A stretch of 63,511 bases of DNA, filler included, from Octopus bimaculoides (lineage: Eukaryota), in NCBI RefSeq assembly GCF_001194135.2. It is 3 parts of 3 records of this genome, joined end to end, with 100 filler letters (N's around TTAATTAATTAA, not from the genome) between each part and the next. Parts side by side here need not be neighbours in the genome. Positions count along the whole stretch, not along the records: positions 23,947 to 38,607 come from NC_068981.1; positions 38,708 to 63,511 come from NC_068983.1; 1 more part is not named here. One strand, 5' to 3'. Below, piece after piece: positions 26,441 through 39,703 of this stretch (within the stretch, counting starts at the first letter, position 1; every line of letters starts with the position of its first letter). Made by a program: the position numbers and the translations under genes. The notes under the pieces are model-generated. The model did no database searches. It was not told the DNA's origin and worked only from the letters and a program-made list of their open reading frames with translations.

Positions 26441-27299
26441 TCTGAATTCAATCTCCACCGAGGTCGACTTCGCTTTTCATCCTTTCCGGGTCGATAAAAT
26501 AAGTACCAGTTGAATACTGAGGTCGATGTTATCTACTATCCACCTCCCCCCAATATTGCAGGCCTTAGGTCTTATAGTAGAAAGGATTATTTCATAATAT
26601 TGATTTCAAATTTTGACACAAGGCCAGCAATTTCAGGAGAGAGGTTAAATCGATTACATCGATNNNNNNNNNNNNNNNNNNNNNNNNNNNNNNNNNNNNN
26701 NNNNNNNNNNNNNNNNNNNNNNNNNNNNNNNNNNNNNNNNNNNNNNNNNNNNNNNNNNNNNNNNNNNNNNNNNNNNNNNNNNNNNNNNNNNNNNNNNNNN
26801 NNNNNNNNNNNNNNNNNNNNNNNNNNNNNNNNNNNNNNNNNNNNNNNNNNNNNNNNNNNNNNNNNNNNNNNNNNNNNNNNNNNNNNNNNNNNNNNNNNNN
26901 NNNNNNNNNNNNNNNNNNNNNNNNNNNNNNNNNNNNNNNNNNNNNNNNNNNNNNNNNNNNNNNNNNNNNNNNNNNNNNNNNNNNNNNNNNNNNNNNNNNN
27001 NNNNNNNNNNNNNNNNNNNNNNNNNNNNNNNNNNNNNNNNNNNNNNNNNNNNNNNNNNNNNNNNNNNNNNNNNNNNNNNNNNNNNNNNNNNNNNNNNNNN
27101 NNNNNNNNNNNNNNNNNNNNNNNNNNNNNNNNNNNNNNNNNNNNNNNNNNNNNNNNNNNNNNNNNNNNNNNNNNNNNNNNNNNNNNNNNNNNNNNNNNNN
27201 NNNNNNNNNNNNNNNNNNNNNNNNNNNNNNNNNNNNNNNNNNNNNNNNNNNNNNNNNNNNNNNNNNNNNNNNNNNNNNNNNNNNNNNNNNNNNNNNNNN

Positions 27300-27335
<36 letters not shown>

Positions 27336-27544
27336 TGTGTGTCTGTGTTTGTCCCTCCAACATCGCTTGACAATTGATGCTGGTGTGTTTACGTTCCCGT
27401 CACTTAGCGATTCGGCAAGAGAGGCCGATAGAATAAGTACTAGGCTTACAAAGAATAAGTCCTGGGGTCGATTTGCTCGACTAAAGGCGGTGCTGCAGCA
27501 TGGCCGCAGTCAAATGACTGAAACAAATAAAAGAATAGAACACC

Positions 27545-27728
27545 CATAGAACATACTTAATATTGTTCTATGGGTGGTTGTATTGGGTGTATATGTAGAA
27601 CAGGGAATGCTTGTTTTCATGAAGCATTTATATGATTTTGATTTTAGGTCAAATATGATATTCAGGAAGTTGACCGTTGTCAGATACTCCTTGACCATCA
27701 CTTTTAGGCGGAATTTGTTGAAGATTGT
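27545..27728 (-). mobile_element. Penelope-like element reverse transcriptase fragment
   Basis: IFNKFRLKVMVKEYLTTVNFLNIIFDLKSKSYKCFMK resembles the PLE RT C-terminal segment (..VNFLDVTFDL...YKP..KP). Confidence 0.7.
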
Positions 27729-29189
27729 AATGACTGGTACCCGGGGGTGTCAAAAGTGCACTTACAAGTTCTATTCAAATTCATAGCCCTGTCAACCCTG
27801 TACAAACCCACAATAATACCATAAAAAGAATTCTTCATTTCGACGAGCTGGAACAAACCTATCAGCTCACATAATGTGGTCGCATCAAAATTAATCCTAG
27901 TGACACAAAATTGACTATTTCGAAATTCGTAATCCAGTAAGCATTTTTATTTAAAATATCTCTTAAAGTGTTACTTTTAGTCATATTAGTGTATCTTCTG
28001 ACGAAATCGATAGCTTTTCAAAGATTCTAGCTTATAGAATGCTAACACTCAACTGGATAAATTGTTTGTTTTCAATGTCTTTACGCCCTGTGATAACTGA
28101 TGCGATGTTGTTTCTCAAATTCAAATTCGTATGTTTCTTCGTGTCAATGTTTATGCAAATTCGTTTTAATAACAATACAAACGTCTTTTTTTGTTAAGAT
28201 TAATGAGTTCTAAATTTGGGTGAAATTTGCAAATTCTGTAACTGAGATTTATTTTGTAGTCCTTCAGTGGGATGAAAGATAGGAGTTTGCGAAGAATTCA
28301 GGTTACGTTTCAAGAAAATTTTATTGTGGTTTTGTATTGATTTCATTGTTTGTGTTGCTTAGAGTTTATTAAGTTATTGTGTGTGTCTTTTCGTACCTTC
28401 TATAGATTTTTTTGTCTTGTCAGCAAAATATACGTAAATAGATATTGCAAAATTTATTTTTAATCTTAGACTAGCTCTTATAACAATGGGAAGAGATGTA
28501 TATAGATATATAGAGATATACATATGTATATATATGTGTGTATATGTATGAATGTATATGTGTGTATTTTTATATGACTATATGAAATGTTTGTCATTTT
28601 TTTATTTTGTTTACTTGCGTATACTCCAAGACATTTGTTTTTACCAGCGTACTTTAATGTACTTAAAGTATTTGTGTTACTCTTGCACTTAACACGAATA
28701 GTGATGTCTAGAAACACTGATTGAGCGTTGTACAAAATTAGCTGTGTTCCTTTTCGCTCCGATGTCAAATGCTACCGGAGGCAACTTTGCCTTCGTCTCT
28801 TTTGTGGTTTGTAAATTAAGAACTATTTGCAGGGAATAAAGTGCATTATCTGGAACGTAACCTTCCTTTATTTTTCCCCTGAACCGATTCTTATGAAGGA
28901 ATATAGCAACAAAAACAAAACCACCCCAATTATGATAACTTTATGAAACCTATAATAAGGATATTGGATCACAGTTAAAGGCTTGGTTTCCCAGGAGAAA
29001 TGTCGTCGATATAAAATGCGCTGTACCGGCCTAATTGGAAAAGTTTCGACTACAGCCGTAAATCGCTAACACAATTTGTAAATCAACTGAAATGGCTCAA
29101 CTGGGAAATCTAATCTGTTCCTGTGTTTAACATTTTTTTCTATTATATTGTTTACCACCACTGTATAGCAAACGATCTGTCTCTGCTTA

Positions 29190-30060
29190 TCCTTTTACGG
29201 CCATTACCAGAACCCAAGTGATATCATACAAATCCATCACCCTCAATGTACATATTCAGATAATCTAGAAAAACTAGTGCTTGATATCAGTAACTCACAC
29301 GTCTTACTCTCCAAATCCCAGCACGGATTTAGACTACAACACTAAACCAGTACGCTACCCGTAGAAAAGTAGAACTTGAAATATATATGATGCTTCCACC
29401 GACAAAACCTTCTCGCATGCACCATTCTAACTATCATCAACGTTAGCCAAAGATTTTGATTTAGTTCCCCACAATCCACTCTCAAAGATATTCAACACTA
29501 CCTTCAGAAGAATAAAATGCGAGACAGTAAACTACTTGTCATACTGTCACTTCCAGAACTCGCATTTTCTGACTGAAGTACGTCAGGCATCAATTCTCTT
29601 CTTCACCCTTTTGAGCTTATACCTATTCACTGCCTTATATGACATCTGGTGACTTCACATTTATATCCTATAATCATTGTCCAGGCATGTGGATAACTAA
29701 ACCAGTACTGTAGAAATCACTTAGAAACCTAAATTCGAAGCTACAAATTTAATGTAGCACCTACTGCACCCAGTTTCTTCCTTCTTATTACAAACACCAA
29801 AGAAACACACAACCGATCATCATACTCAATATAAACGTTCCGCACAGAAGTCAAAAATACTAATAGTTGCATACAATACCTCCACAACATTCACAACGCG
29901 TAGATTAAATATAGTAAAAATAAAGAAAGCAAAACTTTTGAGCAAACACAGGTTCCACACTTGGCCATTAACAACAAGCAATAATGTTGAACAAAGTATA
30001 CTAGATCTCTATGACAATCCTACTTTGCCTCCAGTCTTTCCGCAACAAAGCGCAATAAAC
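29190..30060 (+). mobile_element. Highly decayed non-LTR RT (I/Jockey-like group)
   Basis: Remnants SYKSITL..LEKLV, SQHGFR (QHGFR at 29319-29333) and AKDFDLVPH, in RT motif order across frameshifts. Confidence 0.6.
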
Positions 30061-31077
30061 CAAAAATGTAGATAAAACCACATTCTATTATCAAAGGTTG
30101 GACATATATAAATAGACTGTTCAATGCAGAGAATGTAACATAACTAGACCGTCATATTGTAACCTATACAGTTCACCGCTACATGTCAGATTTTGCTGTA
30201 TCGCCCTCAAACAGGATAATGGATTGTGTTTTGCTTCATAGTTGGACTGACAGATACGTGCCATAGAACTGTTCAGTCAGTGTTTACCCAGAGTTACACA
30301 ACAGGAACAGTAACAAGAACAGCATTCAGTAACAGCAAACAATGAAAATAATACATGGTCAGATTGCAACCTGATACTGCATATAAATCAAATTCTGCAC
30401 GATGCATTAGGCGTCCACCTGCTAGAAATATCAGTCAAACCTTTCTCAAATCACATTTTATTGTCTCCAAAAGGAAAGGATACATTGGGTGATGTAGCCC
30501 TGGATATAAAACAGTAAGATCAGCTTTGATTATAGGTCTCCTCAATCAAGACTGACCTGGATCTAAAGAACAATAATAACATTTCATCATCTCTTGCCCG
30601 ATAGCATAATGCAACAACAGTATCAACAGCCACAGCTACAGTAGCAGAAATTACAACAGCAACGACAACAACAACAACAACAGCAATTTAATTCATAACG
30701 AAATTGTTTTTCGACATCTGGAAATAGAGAGTTTTAAAAACAATTCATTTTGACTGCCTTTAGATAAGATCATATTCCGAAATATTTCCACATTGGAAAT
30801 GTTAATATGTTTGTATAGACGTGACAGGGTGACAATATCATTGTAGTGTATTCCCATTGCGGATTAAAACATTTAGCATTCTGTTATGCTCTCTTGTTTA
30901 ACTAAAACAAAACTAATAACATAATCACAAAAATATACGTGTTTATTCTTCGGTTTTTCTTTTGGGTATTAATTTTTTAGAATTTTTCTTGTTATTAAAG
31001 GTTTTTACTTTTATTTCTTTCTTCAGGATTTATTTTTACTCTAAGTTCGTTTTCTAATACTATTTATAAGACACATA

Positions 31078-31156
<79 letters not shown>

Positions 31157-31397
31157 ACACAATTGTTGTTCGCATCAATACACTCATACTTAAGTACTTA
31201 CATGACGTAATACATATAAATATACATATATGAGTGTGTGTACGTGTGTGTGTGTGACTGTGATTATACTGAGCATTTGTAAACACATACATATTTATGA
31301 ACGATTTTGTAGATGTGTGCATATATGAAAATATGCTTGTATACATATAAGTTACGTGTGTGTGCCTGCGTGTGTGCAATACATATAGCTAGATAGT

Positions 31398-31469
<72 letters not shown>

Positions 31470-31749
31470 CAGGCAGACAGACACTCAAACAAATATATAT
31501 GCCTTTTTTTAATTAACACTTGTCTTTCATTTTTACCTCTTCAATAAAAGTGAAATGTCACTGTAAACAATACATCTTCCAATGGATACTGACAGTGTAA
31601 CAACGACATGTATCTCTCGTAAAACGTAGTACCCACAAGAGAAAGAAATAAGAATATTAAATAGAGAAACGGGAACAAGGTTTAACCTAACTTATGCAAG
31701 AAACGTTAAAATAAATCTTCCTAACATTTTCTTTAATATGTTAACATAT

Positions 31750-32180
31750 TAAAGGCGGCGAGTTGGCAGAACGTTAGCACGCCGGGCGAAATGCTGAGCG
31801 ATATTTCGTCTGCCGCTACGTTCTGAGTTCAAATTCCGCCGAGGTCGATTTTGCCTTTCATCCTTTCGGGGTCGATTAAATAAGTACCAGTTACGCACTG
31901 GGGTCGATATAATGGACTTAATCCGTTTGTCTGTCCTTGTTTGTCCCTTCTGTGTGTAGCCCCTTGTGGGCAGTAAAGAAATAAGAAACGTTAGCACGCT
32001 GTGCGAAATGCTTAGCGGTATTTCGTCTGTCTTTACGTTCTGAGTTCGAATTTCGCCGTGGTCGACTTTGCCTTTCATCTTTTTGGGGTCGATAAATTAA
32101 GTACCAGTTGCGTACTGGGGTTGATCTAATTAACTGGCCCCCTCCCCAAAAAATTCCGGCCTTGTGCCTGGAGTAGAAAA
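31750..32180 (+). mobile_element. SINE family 1 (tRNA-like head, core gcctttcatcctttcggggtcgataaa..agtaccagt), head-to-tail dimer
   Basis: Related copies at ~4190-4410, 5893-6110, 10320-10530, 19510-19690, 24400-25250, 26440-26663, 47867-48055, 50950-51180, 56150-56315. Core resembles the MetaSINE-type domain (from memory, unverified). Confidence 0.85.
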
Positions 32181-33749
32181 TAATATATTAAGTAGGAGTT
32201 TTCCTCTTAACCACAAGTATTGCTTTATTTTTTGATACATACAAAGTTAAATTGCCTTCTACAACACCAAATCTTGTGAATTCTATAGAATACGCTGGCA
32301 CTTAAAAATTAATAAATATAACAAAAGTAACACACAAAATATGATATAAACATTCTCGATTCCCCTTCTAATCTGAATATTCCTAAGGTGACTGAGATTC
32401 AATATGTTGGAAGCAATAATACAAAATAGAAAACATACAACCACTACTTTAGTGCAAATATCCCGCGTAACAGTCGTCAAATTGATAATAATGATATAAA
32501 GGAGCATAATATAAGATATGCTAATTCTGTACAGCTTGTTAACAGAATAACAAATGAAATCAACACTAGTCATTCTCATCCTAAAGATACTAATAATAGC
32601 CTTTAATTCAAACTATTTAAAATTCATCTATGTATATAGTAATATTGGAAAATCAAATTAGAAATTTAGAAAAAAAGTGAACACGAAGATAACATAATTA
32701 ATGGCAATAATGCCCTTAATAAATGAGCAACGATGGTTAACCATACAATTTCTGACTCGTATGAACACAAGACAAATTCACAAAATAGTGTCTTAAATTG
32801 TAACTGTAAAACAATTTCCATTGTCCCCTTTGAGGTAGCTGTTTAATACACAACATTATCTACAGATTTAGTCTCATTGCGTCAACAGATTTCAGCTGCT
32901 AATTCTGATTTCTTTAAATGCCGTTACGACTTACATATACACAGCTTTAGGAATAAAAATAAATACGTAAATCAACATATTTAATTTTAACTTTCTTTAT
33001 ACAAAATATGAACTAATACAAAATACGAACTACACTAGCATAGCAATATCCACTTCTTAGCATGGAAATAAGAGAAATCGTTCAAATTTTATTAAAAGAA
33101 CATTCTATCCAAGTAAAATAGTAAATGATGCTCAAGTATATCCTTTCAGTTAACTCAAATATTATTAAATGCAACCATAGTTAGCAAGATAAAAGAATAT
33201 GGAAGCTTTTCAAATAACAGTGGGATAAAAGTACTTTATCTTCATCATGTAAAAAAACGAAACATATACTTGTAAATTTCTATTATAAGCATTATATTTT
33301 ATTCATATTCATATATCCTATTAACTAGAACGATGTGTAAGTAAGTGTACACATTAATTCCAAATACATAACCAAATGATCAAATAAATTAATTTCATTT
33401 AAACTAGAATTGAATATTGGTTCAGAAGTTACAGCTCTTTTACCCACAACTTTCTCCCACTCTTACTTCCTGTTTCTGTTGTGCCTGTAATTCAAAGGGT
33501 CAGCCTTGTCACACTGTGTCACGCTGAATATCCCCGAGAACTACATTAAGGGTACACGTGTCTGTGAAGTGCTCAGCCACTTGCACGTTGATTTCACGAG
33601 CAGGCTGTTTCCGTTGATCAGATCAACTGGAACCCTCGACGTCGTAAGCGACGGAGTGCCAACAACTCTTTCACTAGTTTTAGCTCGAGAACCATGGCTT
33701 TGCTAGTACAACGTTAATTGGTGCTATTGCACTTTCATTCATCCTTCTT

Positions 33750-34520
33750 TTTGAGCTGAAATTTGGTGAATGAGGGAATTTGACGCTACTAACCTCCTTT
33801 GCACTTCATGCTATGAAGTTGGTTCATCTGTGACTCTTGACAATAAGAGATCCAGTTTTGTCTTCAAAACATCTACGTCCACTCCATGTAGGTCTTTCAA
33901 TTCCTTTGAAAGGATATTGAGAAACTGTGGGCTCTTGAATTTAAAGCTACTGCAATATCTGGTCCTATATTTTGATGGCAAGAATAGGATCTTTAGCTCT
34001 ATGTAGTAGCACCGTGTTCTGATGTTAATATAACTTAATAATGTCAGAGTTGAGTACAAGTCCTCCTAGGAACTTCCAGGTGTATATTACAGCATATCTT
34101 TCATACCTTCGTTCTAAGGGGTAAAATTTTAACCTTGACCTGTGCCTACAGCAGATGAACTCATCTGCTGTAGAGAGAGTATTTTCTTACTGTAGCTTCG
34201 TTGGATTGATTCGAGTTTTGCTATTAACTTTATACAATGCAGTGACCATAGTTAAGGTCAATAGTCAAAATGATTTAGGAATAATGTCCTCCAGAGGACT
34301 ATTATGTCTTCCTGTTCAATTGTTCAGAAAGTTCCATGAATTATGCGGCTAGCTGCCTACATTTCATTGCCAACTTAGTAATATGCACATGGAACGATGC
34401 ATCATCACTTATTTCAATGCTCAAGTCACTCACTAATTGTGATCCTGGGACTGCAATCCCTCCTGGTCCAGTTTATTTTGTCTACATTGCATTTAACTGT
34501 GTCTGCTGATATCATGCTTT
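33750..34520 (-). mobile_element. CR1-like LINE 3' fragment (RT C-terminus)
   Basis: SDDASFHVHITKLAMKCRQL, LWRTLFLNHFDY..LWS, KLESIQRSYSKKI, LERRYERYAVIYTWK, DLHGVDVDVLKTKLDLLLSRVTDEP; frameshifted, with stops. Confidence 0.8.
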
Positions 34521-35307
34521 CATCGTATGGAATTTGCAAAGGTCAAAGATCTGTTCTTGATTCCACTGTTATACCCCGCGAAGATTCATTTTGGGAGCCA
34601 TCATCTCTAGCAAATACAGAATGTCATATTTCTTTTCAATGATCATACACATACTAATCTTACGAGTCTCCTGATGTCTGCTGTAGCAGCAGAATCAATG
34701 ACTGCAACGGCCCATACGACTTAGCAGTATAGGTAGCATGGATATAATTCCCTTATAACTAGCGATCGATATCAATTTTCCGGCGGAGAAGTGTGTAGAT
34801 ATGATTTTTGAGGGTGATGTAATATTCTGCAATGTAGGTACTAATGATCATGTACTTTTCATAAAACTGACATGTGAAACTGTTTTGCTCCATCAGATCA
34901 GTTACAATGACTTCCACTTTAAAAGAAAACAAAACATTGAACGCTGAAATGGATGAACTAAACCCACCCAAATTTCAAGGACCTACGACCGTATAAGAAC
35001 GGTGATGGTAGATGTTGTTGATGCTAAAATATAGGCAATACGGAACGCTCTCCACAGCCTTGTTGAGTATTGTCATAATTGTTGTCACTACATTCCCTTT
35101 ACTTTTATATTTCGTTATATACGAGATCGACTCCAAACTATATTGACTTCGTTTTCGAAAAACTTAGATAAGCTGATATATTGGAATTGTCTCATTTTCT
35201 GCACATTTTAGATCTTTAGCATCTACTGACGGAGTTTTTATCTTCTAACTGCAAGGATAGTCTCAGTTAACTGAAATTTTTCAAATCAGTGACGTATGTC
35301 AAAATAT

Positions 35308-35341
<34 letters not shown>

Positions 35342-35686
35342 CAAGGCCAAACTTTTACCATAAAAACTAACTTTGGATGTGCATCGGAGAATTTGATTTA
35401 CTTAATTACATGCTCAGGATGCAAACGGCAATATATTGGACACACAAAAAACAGCCTACGTCAGAAGATGGTGGTGCACAAATCTCAAATTAGAATTCTG
35501 GAATACAGGAAAATATCTGTCAACTAACACATAGACAAGTGTGCATCCAATAAATATCCCAAATTCACATCTTTTCCATTATACAAATTCAAAGACAGTG
35601 CTAGCCAAAATGAACGCATTAGCAAGGAAATACATTTCATATGAAAGTATCGACCGAATCTAAATTCTTTAAGCTCGAAGCACTGA
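35342..35686 (+). pseudogene. Penelope-like element GIY-YIG endonuclease remnant
   Basis: One frame reads QGQTFTIKTNFGCASENLIYLITCSGCKRQYIGHTKNSLRQKMVVH...KEIHFI*KYRPNLN, with two in-frame stops; C-x-S-x-N-x-IY-x3-CxxC-x3-YIG is the PLE endonuclease pattern. Confidence 0.85.
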
Positions 35687-36123
35687 AACTATATGTATAT
35701 TATTCATAAGAAATAAAGCTAAGCGATTAAATAAATCCATTTCTGTGAAGACCTCAGGGAAGATAACTTTACGACGACTATTATTGCTACTACCGCTTAT
35801 TTGACTACTCCGGCCACTTATTTTGAAAGCAATTTTGACCACACTACTCAATTTACCATCACAGACAACAGCTGAAATTACTACTAGCAATGCCACGAAG
35901 ATTAATGGAAATTACCACGTGCTCTTACAGGAAAAAGAAAAGTACACTATGAACGTTAATTTTATTAATAATCTTTTTTCTCTACACATTTAATTTAAGT
36001 ACATACTTTTGATGAAGTTTATAAACAACCGAAACATGTAAAACAAAACCCTTTTTTAAATGTATTTATATAAAGAAATTTAAATGTACATAATTTTAAA
36101 TAAGTAGCATTTTCGTTCTTCAT

Positions 36124-36157
<34 letters not shown>

Positions 36158-36191
36158 NNNNNNNNNNTATATATATATATATACATATATA

Positions 36192-36824
36192 CAGGTCGTC
36201 GTCGACCTACGACCTATCCGTTTTACGACCGATCGACTTTACGACGATTGGCGTCAGCTATCAAGCGCTTACCCTAAGCTTGGTTATCGATCAAGTGTTG
36301 GTTGAATATCCTGTCGCGGAGACCACCAAGGCAACCTCGTATTTGTTTATAAGATGAATGCTTGAGACTCCGAAAGTTTTGACTAACGCCAGGCTTGAAA
36401 GAACACAACTCTTCCGGTGACTTTGTGTGTCTTGTCTGATTTATTTTTCAAAAAATATTCCCTGGAATGTCTTCAAAGAGGAAATTGGCTTCATCTGCTC
36501 CTCAAACTGCCAAGAAAGGACTTACAGTTATGATAAAGCACCGGACTGGGTCCATCCACAAAATGGAAAAATTGCTACAAATTTGAATTGACGATCAGAT
36601 CCAAAAACAGCCACCGTTAACTGGTTTTACTGTGCAGTCAAAGGTTGTTGTAGTACTGTTGGAGTACTGTTGCAGTATACTACAGAATGCTGTGTGTGAC
36701 CTTTACCTGAGAATGTACCTTAATACCTTAAGAATGTAAAAATACAAAACGAGGCTATGTACGCCAATAGGCCGACTTACGATTAGTCAGTCGGGACCAA
36801 TTGTGGTCGTAAGTTGACGACGAC

Positions 36825-36827
<3 letters not shown>
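36192..36827 (+). mobile_element. Tigger/pogo-like (Tc1/mariner) deletion derivative
   Basis: 23-bp TIR CAGGTCGTCGTCGACCTACGACC vs right end (2 mismatches), TA on both sides inside (TA)n; internal MSSKRKLAS... resembles a transposase start. Confidence 0.8.
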
Positions 36828-36871
<44 letters not shown>

Positions 36872-36961
36872 AGAATTTACGAAAAAAACAACAACAGACG
36901 AGGACGGGTGGTGTAAACAACAAAAGGATGTATTAGTTTAACGCTCGGGAATAGAGAAAGT

Positions 36962-36995
36962 CTTTACCGTTTCGAGCTACGCTCTTCAACAGAAA
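36962..36995 (-). ncRNA. Second-family minimal hammerhead-like motif with variant core (CUGUUGA), in a short repeat (~36870-37010)
   Basis: Minus strand cttt-CTGTTGA-A-GAGC-gta-GCTC-GAAAC-g-GTA-aag: perfect 4-bp stem II, short stem I, U in place of core A6. Confidence 0.45.
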
Positions 36996-37336
36996 GGGAC
37001 ACAAAGAAATAAGGAGAAAAACAAGGAGAAAAAATATAAATATATATATATATCACTGTATCGACTCCAGACTATCAAATGTTGTTAAATACCACTGATC
37101 ACAATGCGCTTCCTCGCATTGTTGTAGCTTTCAAATGATGCCACCCTAATGGCTAGGCAGGCAAACCAACATTCCCTCTGAATGGAACGCCTGTGCAGTG
37201 GGCCAACGTGAAGTAGAGTGTTTTACTCAAGAGCACAAGAATGCACCGCAAGTCTGGAAATTGAAACCACAATCTTGCGATCAAGAGTGCAACACACTAA
37301 ACGCTAGATCAAACACCTTCACACACACACACACAT

Positions 37337-37377
<41 letters not shown>

Positions 37378-38368
37378 NNNNNNNNNNNNNNNNNNNNNNN
37401 NNNNNNNNNNNNNNNNNNNNNNNNNNNNNNNNNNNNNNNNNNNNNNNNNNNNNNNNNNNNNNNNNNNNNNNNNNNNNNNNNNNNNNNNNNNNNNAAGTTA
37501 TAAAGCTTGGGGTTTATTGTCGTAGAAGGAATCAGTTCCACTCCTTGAAAAACTTTAACGACCCATCTGGGAATAAGTACAAAAAAAAAAGACGATATTT
37601 GAAACAAACTCTTTGATAACGTTTGGCCCTTATAACTTCAAAAAAGGTGCATAATTACATAAAGCAACGGTTTTAAATATACCGTAGGGGGATCACGTAA
37701 TCCGTTTCTGTTACTTTTTTTTGTTGTTGTTGCTTCCATTTTTCTTTCTTATCTTTGACTACTTCATCTTCTTCGCCTCCTTTTCCCTTTTCTTCTCTCT
37801 TGTTGATGTCGTCTTCATTTTTGTTCCAAAACAAACATAGAAACAATGAAGTCGGATGTAACGGAAGAAAGACAGATTCAGGAAGAGAGAGGAGAAAGAA
37901 AAAGGGAGTGAAAGACTGGGTCGGTAAAAATAGAGATAGAAAATGATAAATAGCCATTGGGTGGCAGATGTTAAGATGTACCATGTACTATTCAGTTATT
38001 TTATATTTTTATTATTTTTTAAGACGCACAAGAACAAGAAAGGAATGCGGAGACTAATAAAAAGTTCTAGAAACACCACTTGCCACACATTGTGATTGAA
38101 ACGCTGAGCTCATGTTTAAGACAGCGTAGCTGAAAGCAGGTAGTCCTCAGAGTTTTCTTTTGAAGCACGCTAAAGGCATTAAAGAAGCCGCGGATTATTT
38201 ATTCGCTTCTACAGCCTACTAATCTTCGGCGTCATAACCACGCACATTTTTCTCAATTATCTCACTATTTTATGCAGCCTCAGAACAAACCTCATAAATA
38301 CTGTAGCTTTATTTTATCTCAGTTGGGACGGATAATGAAAGACATGACGGCTTCACTATGACACGGCC

Positions 38369-38442
<74 letters not shown>

Positions 38443-38460
38443 TAATTAATAATAATTAAT

Positions 38461-38607
38461 TGCTGCACAAGACCAAAGCCTCCCCACCAGAAATTACCAA
38501 AAACACATAATGAAAAGAAATATAACAAGTAACTGTAGAATATGTGGAGATCGACAAGAAACAATAAATCATATTATCTCTGGCTGCCCAGTCCTGGCTA
38601 AGAAGGA
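38461..38607 (+). mobile_element. R4/Dong-like subfamily B zinc-knuckle fragment abutting (AAT)n, cut by an assembly gap
   Basis: AAQDQSLPTRNYQKHIMKRNITSNCRICGDRQETINHIISGCPVLAKK; highly similar to 6370-6515 in opposite orientation. Confidence 0.82.
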
Positions 38608-38707
38608 NNNNNNNNNNNNNNNNNNNNNNNNNNNNNNNNNNNNNNNNNNNNTTAATTAATTAANNNNNNNNNNNNNNNNNNNNNNNNNNNNNNNNNNNNN
38701 NNNNNNN
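38608..38707. other. Artificial 100-bp contig join (44 N + TTAATTAATTAA + 44 N)
   Basis: Spacer at 38652-38663; lies 2 kb downstream of the last visible NKCC exon. Confidence 0.92.
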
Positions 38708-38766
<59 letters not shown>

Positions 38767-39703
38767 AGATATACACACACACACACTAAGATGTACATAT
38801 ACTTATGCACATACATATTTACATAGATGTACCTATAGACATTGAAACACAGAGATAACGATCAAGGGGAAATGCTGAGAAGAAAAAATGCTCTGTAGAG
38901 AAGATACGACGCACCTCAGTAGTCTCAGATGAGCGTCACGCCTAACCTAAAATACTATTTTAAGAACACAATTTCACGCCGTTCACCCTTGCAGGAGTTT
39001 CCTCAGTGTAAAGTTAAAAACTTTGTCATTTAAGACAGAAAAATTCCAGGTTTCTCTGTTAAACAGATATGCCACTGCCACAGTTAACTGAGATAAAGAA
39101 CAAAGTTCGTTTTTTTTTGTTTTTGTTTTTTGTAGATTACAATTCACCTCAGATAGCATCCTCTGCGAGGTAGGTAATCAAAGAGGAATAGTAGCGAAAT
39201 TAGCTTCAATTCACAGCCAACATCATCAGTCCCTGACGTTACTCTCTTGAGTCTTAGGGCTCACGGGGCCTGTTTCCCTGTTTTCATCGCGCATAAACGG
39301 AAATCACATTTCCCCTGGACTAGACGCTAGTACGTCGCAGGGTTACTCATCTACAGCTGAAAGTACTAGAAAGGCGATATATGAAGAGTTTTGCTCAAGA
39401 ACAATGTACCGCCCGGTTCACATATCGAAAGCACGATCTTACGATCTGGAGTGCAATATCCTAACCACGTGGTCATGCGCCTTCACTTAAATTTCAACTT
39501 ACTGTGTTTAAGAGGAAAAAAAGGGAACTAGTATAATGTGATCTTATATAATGTGATCCCATATTCATCATAGATCAGGTCCATCATGGCTGACCAGAGG
39601 CTAAACAGCAGCAACAACCAATAGGGAAATATAAACTGATACAATGTCACTTAAGTAAATTAGTTGATGATTTTTAACTGTGAAACTTTCTCTTGTTGTT
39701 TAA

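Noticed and set aside
32283-32579. Hydrophobic minus-strand ORF resembling a receptor TM segment
   Set aside because: The Ile/Leu/Phe/Tyr bias is expected from AT-rich DNA; no recognisable GPCR or channel motif.
35120-35310. Apparent inverted PLE linker (VSRC..C) next to the GIY-YIG remnant, suggesting a 5' inversion
   Set aside because: The frame has several stops, and the segment starts TA-CGAGATCGACTCCAAACT, which looks more like a mariner-type terminus; the resemblance may be chance.
35742-35760. Decayed hammerhead core (CTGTGAAGACC) downstream of the GIY-YIG remnant
   Set aside because: No matching stem II 3' strand or GAAA follows.
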